Source of the DNA: a virus
Lineage: Duplodnaviria; Heunggongvirae; Uroviricota; Caudoviricetes
IMG/VR virus record: IMGVR_UViG_3300028048_000043
Direction: 5' to 3' (one strand)
Length of the DNA stretch: 64,000 nt
Each line of letters opens with the position of its first letter. Position 1 is the stretch's first letter. The notes under the pieces were generated by a model. It ran no database searches, was not told the DNA's origin, and worked only from the letters and a program-made list of their open reading frames with translations. The position numbers were made by a program, and so were the translations under genes. Below are positions 37,623 through 46,052 of this stretch, in pieces.

Positions 37623-38903
37623 ATGGCACTAATAGAAGGATACAAATATCTTGATAAGGATAAACTTGGGTTTGATCCTGAGACATGTCCGATAGAGGAG
37701 CTTGAAAAACAGATAGAGAAGTATAAAGGTGAAGAAGATTACTGGAACACAATGCAGCTCAGCGCTAAAACCTTTATTAACTCTGTTTATGGCGTATTCG
37801 GAACAAAATACTTCAACCTGGCAAACACTGATATAGCTGAATCAATCACTTTGCAAGGACAGCACCTTATTAAATATTCGGTTGTTCAGATTAACAAGTA
37901 TTTTAAGGAACAGTGGCATTTGGATGTTGAGGGGCATAAGAGAATTGCGTCTTACATGAAGGATAAATTTCCTGATTTTGATGTTGAAGCGTTCCTTAAA
38001 ATGGCATCTACTAATAAATTGAATTTCGACACTTTACAAGTATATGGGGATAGTGTGACTGGGGACACAGTTATAACATCATCAAACGGAGAACTTAAAA
38101 TAAAAGATATGTTTGATTCTGTTTGTGATTCTGATTCTCCGGACAAGATAAGGGTTAATTATAATGGTTATGTTTTTTGTGCAGATAAGTCTGGAAATCT
38201 TCACTTTCGTCCAATTGATTATATAATGAGACATAAAACAAATAAAAGAATATATCGCGTTTTTGTTAATGATAAAAGTGTGGACGTTACCGAAGACCAT
38301 TCTATAATGATTAGGGGTAAAGATGGAATATTACACGAAAAATCTCCAAAAGATTGTAAAATTGGAGACACTGTTTGTTTATTCTTTGAATCTGAAAACG
38401 GAATAGGTGTAAATGATGGGTTCATTAAAGATATAAAAATACTCTGTGAATCTTTTGATGATTATGTTTATGACATTTCCGTGCGCTGTTTAGAAGACGA
38501 AGATTGTCACAATTTCTTCGCTAACGGTATTCTTGTTCATAATACTGATTCTGTGTCTCATGATACAGTCGTTAGAACAAAAAAACATAAATCTGGAATA
38601 AGAATAAGCGATTTTTATGATGAAAATTCAAATAATTTGTCAGAAACTACAAAAGCTGGACACGAGTCAGTGAAAACAAACGATATGGTTTTAAACGCTA
38701 CAGAGTGTAAAGCTGATTATTTTCCTGTAAAAAGAATAATTAGACATAAAGTTAAAAAGAAAAAATGGAAAATTGTTACAGCAAGCGGAAAATCAATAAT
38801 TTGTACAGAAGATCATTCGATAATAGTATTTAGAGATGGGAAAAGATTAGCCATATCGCCTAAAGAAATTATTCCTGGAGATAAAATAATAGAATGTTTG
38901 TAA
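37623..38903 (+). CDS. polB: family B DNA polymerase, fragment 1: motif B to YGD, mini-intein, TD, then N-half of a split intein
   Basis: AKTFINSVYG (motif B KxxxNSxYG), ITLQGQ, QVYGD|SVTGDT...LVHN|TD|SVSHDT...TEDHS...ECL-stop. Confidence 0.93.
   Translation: MALIEGYKYLDKDKLGFDPETCPIEELEKQIEKYKGEEDYWNTMQLSAKTFINSVYGVFGTKYFNLANTDIAESITLQGQHLIKYSVVQINKYFKEQWHLDVEGHKRIASYMKDKFPDFDVEAFLKMASTNKLNFDTLQVYGDSVTGDTVITSSNGELKIKDMFDSVCDSDSPDKIRVNYNGYVFCADKSGNLHFRPIDYIMRHKTNKRIYRVFVNDKSVDVTEDHSIMIRGKDGILHEKSPKDCKIGDTVCLFFESENGIGVNDGFIKDIKILCESFDDYVYDISVRCLEDEDCHNFFANGILVHNTDSVSHDTVVRTKKHKSGIRISDFYDENSNNLSETTKAGHESVKTNDMVLNATECKADYFPVKRIIRHKVKKKKWKIVTASGKSIICTEDHSIIVFRDGKRLAISPKEIIPGDKIIECL
38052..38543 (+). 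mobile_element. contiguous mini-intein (164 aa) at the YGD|TDS site of polB
   Basis: Ser1 (SVTGDT), block B VTEDHS, block F VYDISV, block G FFANGILVHN, Thr+1; no endonuclease domain. Confidence 0.93.
38550..38900 (+). mobile_element. split intein, N-terminal half (117 aa) at the YGDTD|S site
   Basis: Ser1 (SVSHDT), block B CTEDHS, SPKEIIPGDKI, then a stop codon where endonucleases normally insert. Confidence 0.9.
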
Positions 38904-38906
38904 AAC

Positions 38907-38976
38907 TTCAAAGTTATGGTGATTTTTATTTTTTCGCCATAAATTTGAAATAAATATTAAAACAAACTTATTTATT
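38907..38976 (+). promoter_or_regulatory. hairpins and late-type promoter ahead of the endonuclease gene
   Basis: ttcaaagttatggtga (38907-38922) pairs with tcgccataaatttgaa (38934-38949). ATAAATA lies at 38950-38956. aataaata (38949-38956) is complementary to tatttatt (38969-38976) immediately before the ATG. Confidence 0.65.
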
Positions 38977-40158
38977 ATGCCTGTTGTAAATTTAGGAAAA
39001 ACAATGGATCCTGAGCAAAAAAGGATATGTGATGAATTTAATAAGAATAAAACATTGTCTGAATTTTCTCGATTATGTGACATGAATCCAAAATATTCAA
39101 ATAGACAAAAGTGTAGAATATGCGGAAATGATATTTTTTATAATAATGTTTTGTTCGCTGGAGCGTATCAAGAATACCCAGAAATTAAACAAGGAACAAG
39201 TTTTCTAACTGTTAAAAAAATTTGTGGTAATACGTATCAACTATCTGTGTGTGAACATTGTATGGAGGAATGTGTTGATGGATATAAAGATGTTAAAAAC
39301 AGATCAAGAGTTTTTAATATGCCAAACAGATTTACACAATTTGCGTTCAATATACCAGATAGTGTTATAAACGAGAAAAAGACAGAACTTTGTGTTAGAA
39401 GCGAGGAGTCTTACATAAAAAAATTTGGAGAAGATGAAGGAAAGAAAAGATGGGACGCATACGTTGAAAAACAAAAATACACAAAATCTTTTGAATATTG
39501 GAGCAAAAAAAATAATGCATCAATAGAAGATTATGAGCAGTATAATAAAAGTAGAGCATGTACATTGAATAATATGATTTCCAGACATGGGGAAGAGGAA
39601 GGTCGTAAACGTTGGGAAGAATATGTTAAAAAACAAAGATACACAACATCAAAAGATTATTTTATAAAGGAATACGGAAAGGAGGATGGAGAGAAAAAAT
39701 ATAAATCTTTTATAGAAGCAAGGGATAAACAGGGACCGTATTCAAATATCTCTCAGGAGTTTTTTAAAGAATTGTCATCTATAAAACAATTTTCTAATCA
39801 TAGAATATTATATGCTACAAATGGAAAAGAGGAACAAATTTTAACAGGAAGCGGACGATTATATTATCTTGATTATTATGATTATGATTTGAAGATATGT
39901 ATAGAATTCAATGGAAATAAGTTTCATCCAAAGCCTGGCGAATATAAAAAAGATGATATTTTTATAAATCCCTTTGGTGAAGAAAACATAGTTGGGGTGC
40001 TATGGGAAAAAGAAGAACTTCGAAAAGAAGATTTATTAAATGAATTTGGAATACGAACAATAATTGTTTGGGAAGATGAATATAAAAAAAACAAGAAGAA
40101 GTGCATCTGTGAAACTGTTGATAAAATTTTAGAAATTTGTAAAAACAATATAATATGA
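38977..40158 (+). CDS. free-standing putative homing endonuclease, Vsr/DUF559-like PD-(D/E)xK C-terminal domain with N-terminal CxxC and three helical repeats
   Basis: SQEFF...YLDYY...CIEFNGNKFH...RTIIVWEDE; CRIC and CEHC; repeats YIKKFGEDEGKKRW / MISRHGEEEGRKRW / FIKEYGKEDGEKKY; lies between the two intein halves. Confidence 0.8.
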   Translation: MPVVNLGKTMDPEQKRICDEFNKNKTLSEFSRLCDMNPKYSNRQKCRICGNDIFYNNVLFAGAYQEYPEIKQGTSFLTVKKICGNTYQLSVCEHCMEECVDGYKDVKNRSRVFNMPNRFTQFAFNIPDSVINEKKTELCVRSEESYIKKFGEDEGKKRWDAYVEKQKYTKSFEYWSKKNNASIEDYEQYNKSRACTLNNMISRHGEEEGRKRWEEYVKKQRYTTSKDYFIKEYGKEDGEKKYKSFIEARDKQGPYSNISQEFFKELSSIKQFSNHRILYATNGKEEQILTGSGRLYYLDYYDYDLKICIEFNGNKFHPKPGEYKKDDIFINPFGEENIVGVLWEKEELRKEDLLNEFGIRTIIVWEDEYKKNKKKCICETVDKILEICKNNII

Positions 40159-41147
40159 TGGAATTAAAATTGGAAGATATAGTATCTTGTGAAGAGATCG
40201 GAGAGTTTGATGACGAATATGTATATGATATAGAAATGGATGACGATTCTCATACATTTTTTGCAAACGATATACTTGTTCACAACTCTGCTTATATTAC
40301 TATGGATCCACTTATCGATATGTATAAAATCCCTAGCGAGCAGCAAACAGAATTTTCACTCGCTGTGCATAAATGTGTTCTTGATAAATTCCTTGATGAC
40401 AGATTCGAAGATTATGCACGGGCGTTCAACTGTGAAAAGAATCTTGAAAAGTTCGAGCTTGAGAAGATTTCTAGAACAATTATAATGCTTTCCAAGAAGA
40501 ACTACATTTGTGATGTTGCTTGGGCGGATCCTGATATGTATTATGAACCGTTGTCCCACATAACTTATACAGGTTATGATGTCGTCAAGGGTACTGTCAC
40601 AAATTATTGCAGAAAGGAGATGAAGTATTTTACCAATTTCGTTATGGATAAACTGAACAATGGTCGTAAACCTACAATGGGAGAGATTGTTCAGGTGCTT
40701 CGTGAGATAAAGAAAAGATTCTCTATGCAGTCTCCAAACGACATATCCAAGACTGTAAATGTTTCTAACTATGAGAACTTCGTAAAGGATGATAAAAGTA
40801 CACCAATTGAGTATTTTGAACTCTATACATCTGATGGAAAGAAAGCGCCTCTTCCTATTCATGTCAGAGCGGCCGCAACATATAACAACATACTTTACAA
40901 TAAAGGTAAGGAATATTTAAGTAAATATGATACTCTGAAATCAAACGATAAAGTTAGGTTTTATTATATAAATGACGATGACGTGTTCGGGTTTATTCCT
41001 GACGATTATCCTATAGAGTTTGCACCGCCCGTTGACATTGATGTTCAGTTTGATAAGATGCTTCTATCTCCGTTAAACAGAATCGTTGAAGCTATAGGAT
41101 ACAAATCCGTTCCACCAAGTCTGACATATAACGTAAGTTTGTTTTGA
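40155..41147 (+). CDS. polB: family B DNA polymerase, fragment 2: C-half of the split intein (44 aa, 40155-40286) plus palm/thumb C-extein
   Basis: MMELK...VYDIEM...FFANDILVHN|SAYI; then FELEKI, SKKNY, GYDVVKG, PIHVRAA, KVRFYY polB C-terminal motifs; ATGA overlap with the endonuclease stop. Confidence 0.93.
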   Translation: MMELKLEDIVSCEEIGEFDDEYVYDIEMDDDSHTFFANDILVHNSAYITMDPLIDMYKIPSEQQTEFSLAVHKCVLDKFLDDRFEDYARAFNCEKNLEKFELEKISRTIIMLSKKNYICDVAWADPDMYYEPLSHITYTGYDVVKGTVTNYCRKEMKYFTNFVMDKLNNGRKPTMGEIVQVLREIKKRFSMQSPNDISKTVNVSNYENFVKDDKSTPIEYFELYTSDGKKAPLPIHVRAAATYNNILYNKGKEYLSKYDTLKSNDKVRFYYINDDDVFGFIPDDYPIEFAPPVDIDVQFDKMLLSPLNRIVEAIGYKSVPPSLTYNVSLF

Positions 41148-41578
41148 TGAAATTCTGGACATCATATTACGGAGCGATGAAAAATTTTACTGATGACTAC
41201 CTTTGCGTAGCCATTAGTCTTTATGTACCTATCATAGAAAAAGAAAATTTTAAAGTAGCTAGAGAGTTTGCGCCGGATGCAGATTTGCTAAAAGATTTCA
41301 AATCCGGAAAAGAGACCCAGGATGGATACAAAAGGAGATATGTGGAACATCTTTTTAAAATGTTCACTCCAGAAAAATTGAAACGTTACATAAAAGAGAT
41401 AGAAGAAAAATATAGTGATAAATACGACAATATGGTTTTCTTGTGTTATGAGAAACCTGGAGATTTCTGTCATCGCCACATCTTTGCAAAAATTTTAGAA
41501 ATCGTTTGCGGAATAGAATGTAAAGAAATCGATATCACTAAGAATAACGAAAAAACAAAAGAAATCGCATTATTTTGA
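41144..41578 (+). CDS. DUF488-like protein
   Basis: FWTSYY, VAIS, FLCYEKPGDFCHRH (LCxE...CHR) pattern. Confidence 0.65.
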   Translation: MMKFWTSYYGAMKNFTDDYLCVAISLYVPIIEKENFKVAREFAPDADLLKDFKSGKETQDGYKRRYVEHLFKMFTPEKLKRYIKEIEEKYSDKYDNMVFLCYEKPGDFCHRHIFAKILEIVCGIECKEIDITKNNEKTKEIALF

Positions 41579-42426
41579 ACATGGAAAATCTTGAAAATAT
41601 AAATCATCTTATAGTTCCGGACGTTCACGGAAGAACATTTTGGAAAGAACCAGTAAAGGAAGTTTTAGAGAAAACAAACGCTAAAATTGTATTCCTTGGG
41701 GATTACTTGGATCCGTATGGATATGAAGGAATAACTTCTAAAGATGCCATAGTGGTATTTAAAGAAATCATAGAGTTGAAAAAACTTTATAAGGATAGGA
41801 TTATTCTATTGATAGGAAATCATGATGTTTGCTATATAGGTGAAACTGAATCCGGAGGACGATATGATAGGTGGAACGCCCCAGAGATAAGGGATCTTTT
41901 TATTAACAACTGGGATTTGTTCGAATTCATTTATTTTGATGAAGTTGCAGGTAAGAAATACTTGTTCAGTCATGCTGGTTTCAATCCCGAGTGGCTTGAT
42001 ATTCGTCGAGAGTTTCTCGGCATCAAGGATGATGATGAACCGTCTCTTGATTTCGTTCTAGGGTATGATTGGAAGTTAAATTTCTTTAAGGATCAAATGA
42101 GATTGGTTTCATATCTTGAAGACGTTTCTTTTTGGAGATGGGGTCCAGCTCGTGCATCGAGCTTTGTGTGGTGTGATGTTAATGAACATCTTTTTGAACA
42201 TAAACATCTTGAAGGTTGTGTACAGATATTCGGTCACACACAGCAGGCTAAAGTTCCTGTTAGGGAAAAGGATAATCTATACTGCCTTGACGTAAGGCGT
42301 TGTTTTATTCTAGATAATGATGGCGTAGTTAGAGAGTTGGATGGAAGAGAGCTTGAAGATAACAGCGACGCCATAATGGAAAAAGAAAGGAAGAATGCTG
42401 AAAACGCAATGGCTTTTCTCTTTTAA
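41575..42426 (+). CDS. calcineurin-like metallophosphoesterase
   Basis: PDVHG, LGDYLD, GNHD, SHAG, FGHT motifs. Confidence 0.9.
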   Translation: MNMENLENINHLIVPDVHGRTFWKEPVKEVLEKTNAKIVFLGDYLDPYGYEGITSKDAIVVFKEIIELKKLYKDRIILLIGNHDVCYIGETESGGRYDRWNAPEIRDLFINNWDLFEFIYFDEVAGKKYLFSHAGFNPEWLDIRREFLGIKDDDEPSLDFVLGYDWKLNFFKDQMRLVSYLEDVSFWRWGPARASSFVWCDVNEHLFEHKHLEGCVQIFGHTQQAKVPVREKDNLYCLDVRRCFILDNDGVVRELDGRELEDNSDAIMEKERKNAENAMAFLF

Positions 42427-42445
42427 TTTTTTGAAATTTAAAAGG

Positions 42446-42469
42446 AAAATAAATAATAAAAGTAAAATT
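42446..42469 (+). promoter_or_regulatory. putative late promoter/leader, identical to 29390-29413
   Basis: aaaataaataataaaagtaaaatt. Confidence 0.7.
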
Positions 42470-42477
42470 TTCTTATA

Positions 42478-43428
42478 ATGAGAAAGTATTTTAATTACAC
42501 GACTAATAAACTTTACGAATCAGAAGGTATCGTATATAAAATTGATGTAAAGCTGGAAGCGCTTGAAGGTGCATCTGCATTGAGCGTTGATGATCTTGAG
42601 GACGAACTGCTTTCAAGAATCGGAGAACCACAGAACAGCAATGATGAGGCAGTAGACATGCTCTATTGTGCTTTGAAGGACTTGCAGAAGGATTTCGGAT
42701 TTGACATTCATGATATAGATTGTGAAGATGATGGATCATACGTTTTAGTTGTTCCAGACGTAGCAATCTGCAAATTTACAATTGTTCCTGCAAATGAAGG
42801 CGCATCTGTTGAAACTGAGGTTGAAACTGAAGGGACTCTTGAGTCTGTTTCTCAGAGATTTGCAAAACTTCGTGCCCTTTATGAAAGCGAGGATGAAGGA
42901 AACGTTTCTGAAAAGAAAAAAGATGATTCTTCAGACGATGAAGGCAAGGGAGACGATGAAGAAAAATCTGATGATGAGAAGTCAGATGACGAAGGAAAAG
43001 AAGGCGACAAAGAAGGCAAGGGTGATGACGAAGATGATGATGAAGGAAAGGGTGATGAAGATGAAGAGGCAGAACTTACCGGAATAGAGCTTACAGTAGC
43101 AAAAGACGATGCCGACAAATGTAAGGAAGAGCTTATTGACGCCGGTATTCCAGAAGAAGATATTGAAATCGTAGAAGGTGAAGATGATGACGATGAAGCA
43201 AAAATTGTCGTTGATGCCGCATCAGCAGTCGAATTAAAAGAATATCTCGCAAAGAAAGGAATCGATCTTGAAGAGAAAATCGGAGGTGAAATTGTAGACA
43301 CCGATGAAGATTCAGATGAAGATGAAGGTGGTGAAGGAGATTCAGATGAAAACGGCGAAGAAAAAGAAAATGATGATGAAGATTTCGATTTCGAGAATAT
43401 TGGAGACCTTTTCGGAGCAGAAGAATAA
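42478..43428 (+). CDS. highly acidic protein, probable prohead core/scaffold-associated
   Basis: D/E-rich low-complexity tracts; LYES motif twice; late-type promoter. Confidence 0.55.
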   Translation: MRKYFNYTTNKLYESEGIVYKIDVKLEALEGASALSVDDLEDELLSRIGEPQNSNDEAVDMLYCALKDLQKDFGFDIHDIDCEDDGSYVLVVPDVAICKFTIVPANEGASVETEVETEGTLESVSQRFAKLRALYESEDEGNVSEKKKDDSSDDEGKGDDEEKSDDEKSDDEGKEGDKEGKGDDEDDDEGKGDEDEEAELTGIELTVAKDDADKCKEELIDAGIPEEDIEIVEGEDDDDEAKIVVDAASAVELKEYLAKKGIDLEEKIGGEIVDTDEDSDEDEGGEGDSDENGEEKENDDEDFDFENIGDLFGAEE

Positions 43429-43448
43429 TTAAATATAATCTCTTGTAG

Positions 43449-43477
43449 AACGCTGGTGCTTGGCATCAGCGTTTTTT
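43449..43477 (+). terminator. intrinsic terminator
   Basis: aacgctggtgc-ttg-gcatcagcgtt followed by tttt. Confidence 0.8.
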
Positions 43478-43500
43478 AATTTTTAGTATTTTGTCCTTAA

Positions 43501-43507
43501 ATAAATA
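43501..43507 (+). promoter_or_regulatory. putative late promoter ATAAATA (sheath/tube)
   Basis: taaATAAATAataaaa ~35 nt before the sheath ATG. Confidence 0.6.
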
Positions 43508-43541
43508 ATAAAACGAAAACTAAAATTAAAAATAGAGAAAT

Positions 43542-46028
43542 ATGTCTCAGAAAATAAATTTTTCAGATTATAGCGCATCTGGCGTCTATTTCCTTGAGAT
43601 AGATGATTCTATTGTTTACGGTTCTTCATCACAGAACGCGTTGCGTCTCGCAGTCGGTTTTAATATGAGAGGACCTTTCAATAGACCTGTCTTCATCTCT
43701 GATACAGGAACTATTTCGAGACTGTTTGGACCTATTGACCGTAAGCTCGAAAGACGCGGCTGCTTTACAAATAGAGCAATCCGTACTATGGTCGGGAGGG
43801 ATCCTCTTTACGTTCTTAATCTTTTGAAGGTTGACGCTGGAGCAAACAGTCAGGATAAGGTCGGATATGCTTATCTAAGTACAGATCCAAAAGTAGATTC
43901 AAGCGTAAAAGATACTAATTATACATCAATGTATGATAGAACTCGCTTCTGGATCGCCGACGATGACGCATTCAAACAGAACGCGTTAAGATTTGATGCA
44001 TCAGACGGAAAGACAATCGAGCAGGCTCCTCTATATGCAATCGCAAACTGCGGAACCAAAGACTTCTCTGTTATCGTAAGAAAATCAGAAAACGTTGCAG
44101 GGTTCAATCTTTCATTCTTTGACTATTATGGTGGTCAGGATAACATTCCATTCAGATGGATAAATCCTAACGATTTAGTTTCTGATTACTTCGTTGATGT
44201 ATATGTTTTGTCTGGCGACTGGACAGATTATGCTGCTCTTTCAACCGATAAGGTTTGGTCAGCATATTTCGACGCAAACGGTCTCATTAAGTCAAAACTT
44301 AATAAATTTATCAACGCGGAAGGTGTTAACCTTATCGGAACGTGGACCGGATCCATCATCCCTAACTTCACTGATGCACAGGGAAATCTAAAGAGCATTG
44401 ATTACCTTATTAACAAGAGCAGCAACGAAACTGGTTTGATGTTCGCTATTAACGAATCCGCATACGATGCACTCGCATACGATGCATCATCTGGGTATTA
44501 TCTTGATATTGATGGAGATGGTGAATACAGTGCAGGCAGCGATGTTCTTGCTAAATATAAACCGGATTTTGTAACATCTCTTGTTGATTTTGACGCAGAT
44601 CCATCAACAGGATTCAACTACCTTTCAACATACATCGACGCTAGTTCATATAAGGAAATGGTATTTGATGTTTCTGCAAACAGCGTTACTTCTACAAAAT
44701 TCTCTGTCGCCGGTGACGCATCAACTGGTCAGATTCCTTTCTCAAAGGGAGACTATGTAGAAGGAAAGGACGGAAGATGTGTTATTGTTCTTTCAAAGAA
44801 GGGAACGTCATCAAATACGGCAAACGGAGCAACTACACAATATGTAATAGAAACATCAGGTGAATACAAACTTGATTCATCGACTGTTACTATTCACAAG
44901 GATTACGCAGACGTTGCTAAGACTTTGAAGTTGTTCGCGTTGAAGGGTCTAAAGATTTCAAGCAGACATATGCCAGGTTTCGATGCTTCCGGAAAAATCG
45001 ATAACGAAGCAGGCGTAGAAAAGATTTATTCTCTTCTTTCAACAACACGCGATGATAACGGCAAATACACTGTCGGTGACGAAGGAATTGTAAGAGGACT
45101 CCTTAATAACAACAAGATGGACTTCAGATACATCGTTGACACGATGGCATATGGACTTAAGTCAAATTGCGGTGGTAAGAAATATCTTTCACAGCTTGCC
45201 TATGCTAAGTTCCACTGCACGGCTCTCATTAACGCACCTTCTATGACGCAGTTTGCGAACAGTGATGCTCCATTCTTTGGTGATGACTGGTTTGATAAAG
45301 ATGAAGCAAGACCTCAGTTCAACGTAAAATACATCCCTGAAGGTGGTAACAATGACATGGTTTACGATGCAAGCACAGAGATGTTCAGTCTTCCTGACAC
45401 AGAAAACGGTGCAACTCACGCAGCTGTATTCTCACCATACTTTGTATATCGTGAGGGAAATCGTAGATTCCTTGTTCCTCCAGCAGCCGATGTTTCTAAC
45501 ACCTTTATGAACAAGTTCAACGGTGGAGATCCTTACAAGGCTGTTGCTAACAAGAACGGTATCATTCGCAATGGTGCAATCGATGGTCTTGAATATGACT
45601 TCGATGATGAGGAAAGAGGTTATCTCGAAAAGATGGGTATCAACCCTCTTATCGACAAAAATGGAACAAGAATGATTTTCGGCGACAAGACTGCTTATCA
45701 GACTGTCGATTCTGACCTTAGCTACCTCCACTGTAGAGAGCTCCTCAATACAATTCAGATTGTATGTAAGGGCATCCTCGACGACTACGTGTTCTCATAC
45801 AATATTCCAACCATGAGATCAGAAATTGAAACAAAGATTAACCCTATTCTTCAGGCTATGAAGGATTCTGGAGCTCTTATTAAATTCGAGATCGAATGTG
45901 ACGAATACAACAACGACGAAGAGGTTATTAACAACAAATTTGGTATTTGCGAAATCGGTGTATGGATTTCACAGCTTATGGAAAAGATCGTTGTTCCTAT
46001 CACGGTTCATCGCTCAACCACAGCTTAA
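43542..46028 (+). CDS. tail sheath protein (T4 gp18-like)
   Basis: N-terminal SGVYFLEID, GPFNRP..., C-terminal VPPAADV, GINPL, IFGDKT, L..LHCRELL sheath motifs; followed by the tube gene. Confidence 0.9.
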   Translation: MSQKINFSDYSASGVYFLEIDDSIVYGSSSQNALRLAVGFNMRGPFNRPVFISDTGTISRLFGPIDRKLERRGCFTNRAIRTMVGRDPLYVLNLLKVDAGANSQDKVGYAYLSTDPKVDSSVKDTNYTSMYDRTRFWIADDDAFKQNALRFDASDGKTIEQAPLYAIANCGTKDFSVIVRKSENVAGFNLSFFDYYGGQDNIPFRWINPNDLVSDYFVDVYVLSGDWTDYAALSTDKVWSAYFDANGLIKSKLNKFINAEGVNLIGTWTGSIIPNFTDAQGNLKSIDYLINKSSNETGLMFAINESAYDALAYDASSGYYLDIDGDGEYSAGSDVLAKYKPDFVTSLVDFDADPSTGFNYLSTYIDASSYKEMVFDVSANSVTSTKFSVAGDASTGQIPFSKGDYVEGKDGRCVIVLSKKGTSSNTANGATTQYVIETSGEYKLDSSTVTIHKDYADVAKTLKLFALKGLKISSRHMPGFDASGKIDNEAGVEKIYSLLSTTRDDNGKYTVGDEGIVRGLLNNNKMDFRYIVDTMAYGLKSNCGGKKYLSQLAYAKFHCTALINAPSMTQFANSDAPFFGDDWFDKDEARPQFNVKYIPEGGNNDMVYDASTEMFSLPDTENGATHAAVFSPYFVYREGNRRFLVPPAADVSNTFMNKFNGGDPYKAVANKNGIIRNGAIDGLEYDFDDEERGYLEKMGINPLIDKNGTRMIFGDKTAYQTVDSDLSYLHCRELLNTIQIVCKGILDDYVFSYNIPTMRSEIETKINPILQAMKDSGALIKFEIECDEYNNDEEVINNKFGICEIGVWISQLMEKIVVPITVHRSTTA

Positions 46029-46052
46029 TTTAAAAGTAATTGATAAAAAGAT

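Noticed and set aside
38904-40154. Group I intron carrying the endonuclease inside intein 2
   Set aside because: Only 73 non-coding nt are available and the endonuclease overlaps the IntC start, leaving no room for a ribozyme core. The IntC ORF has its own ATG.
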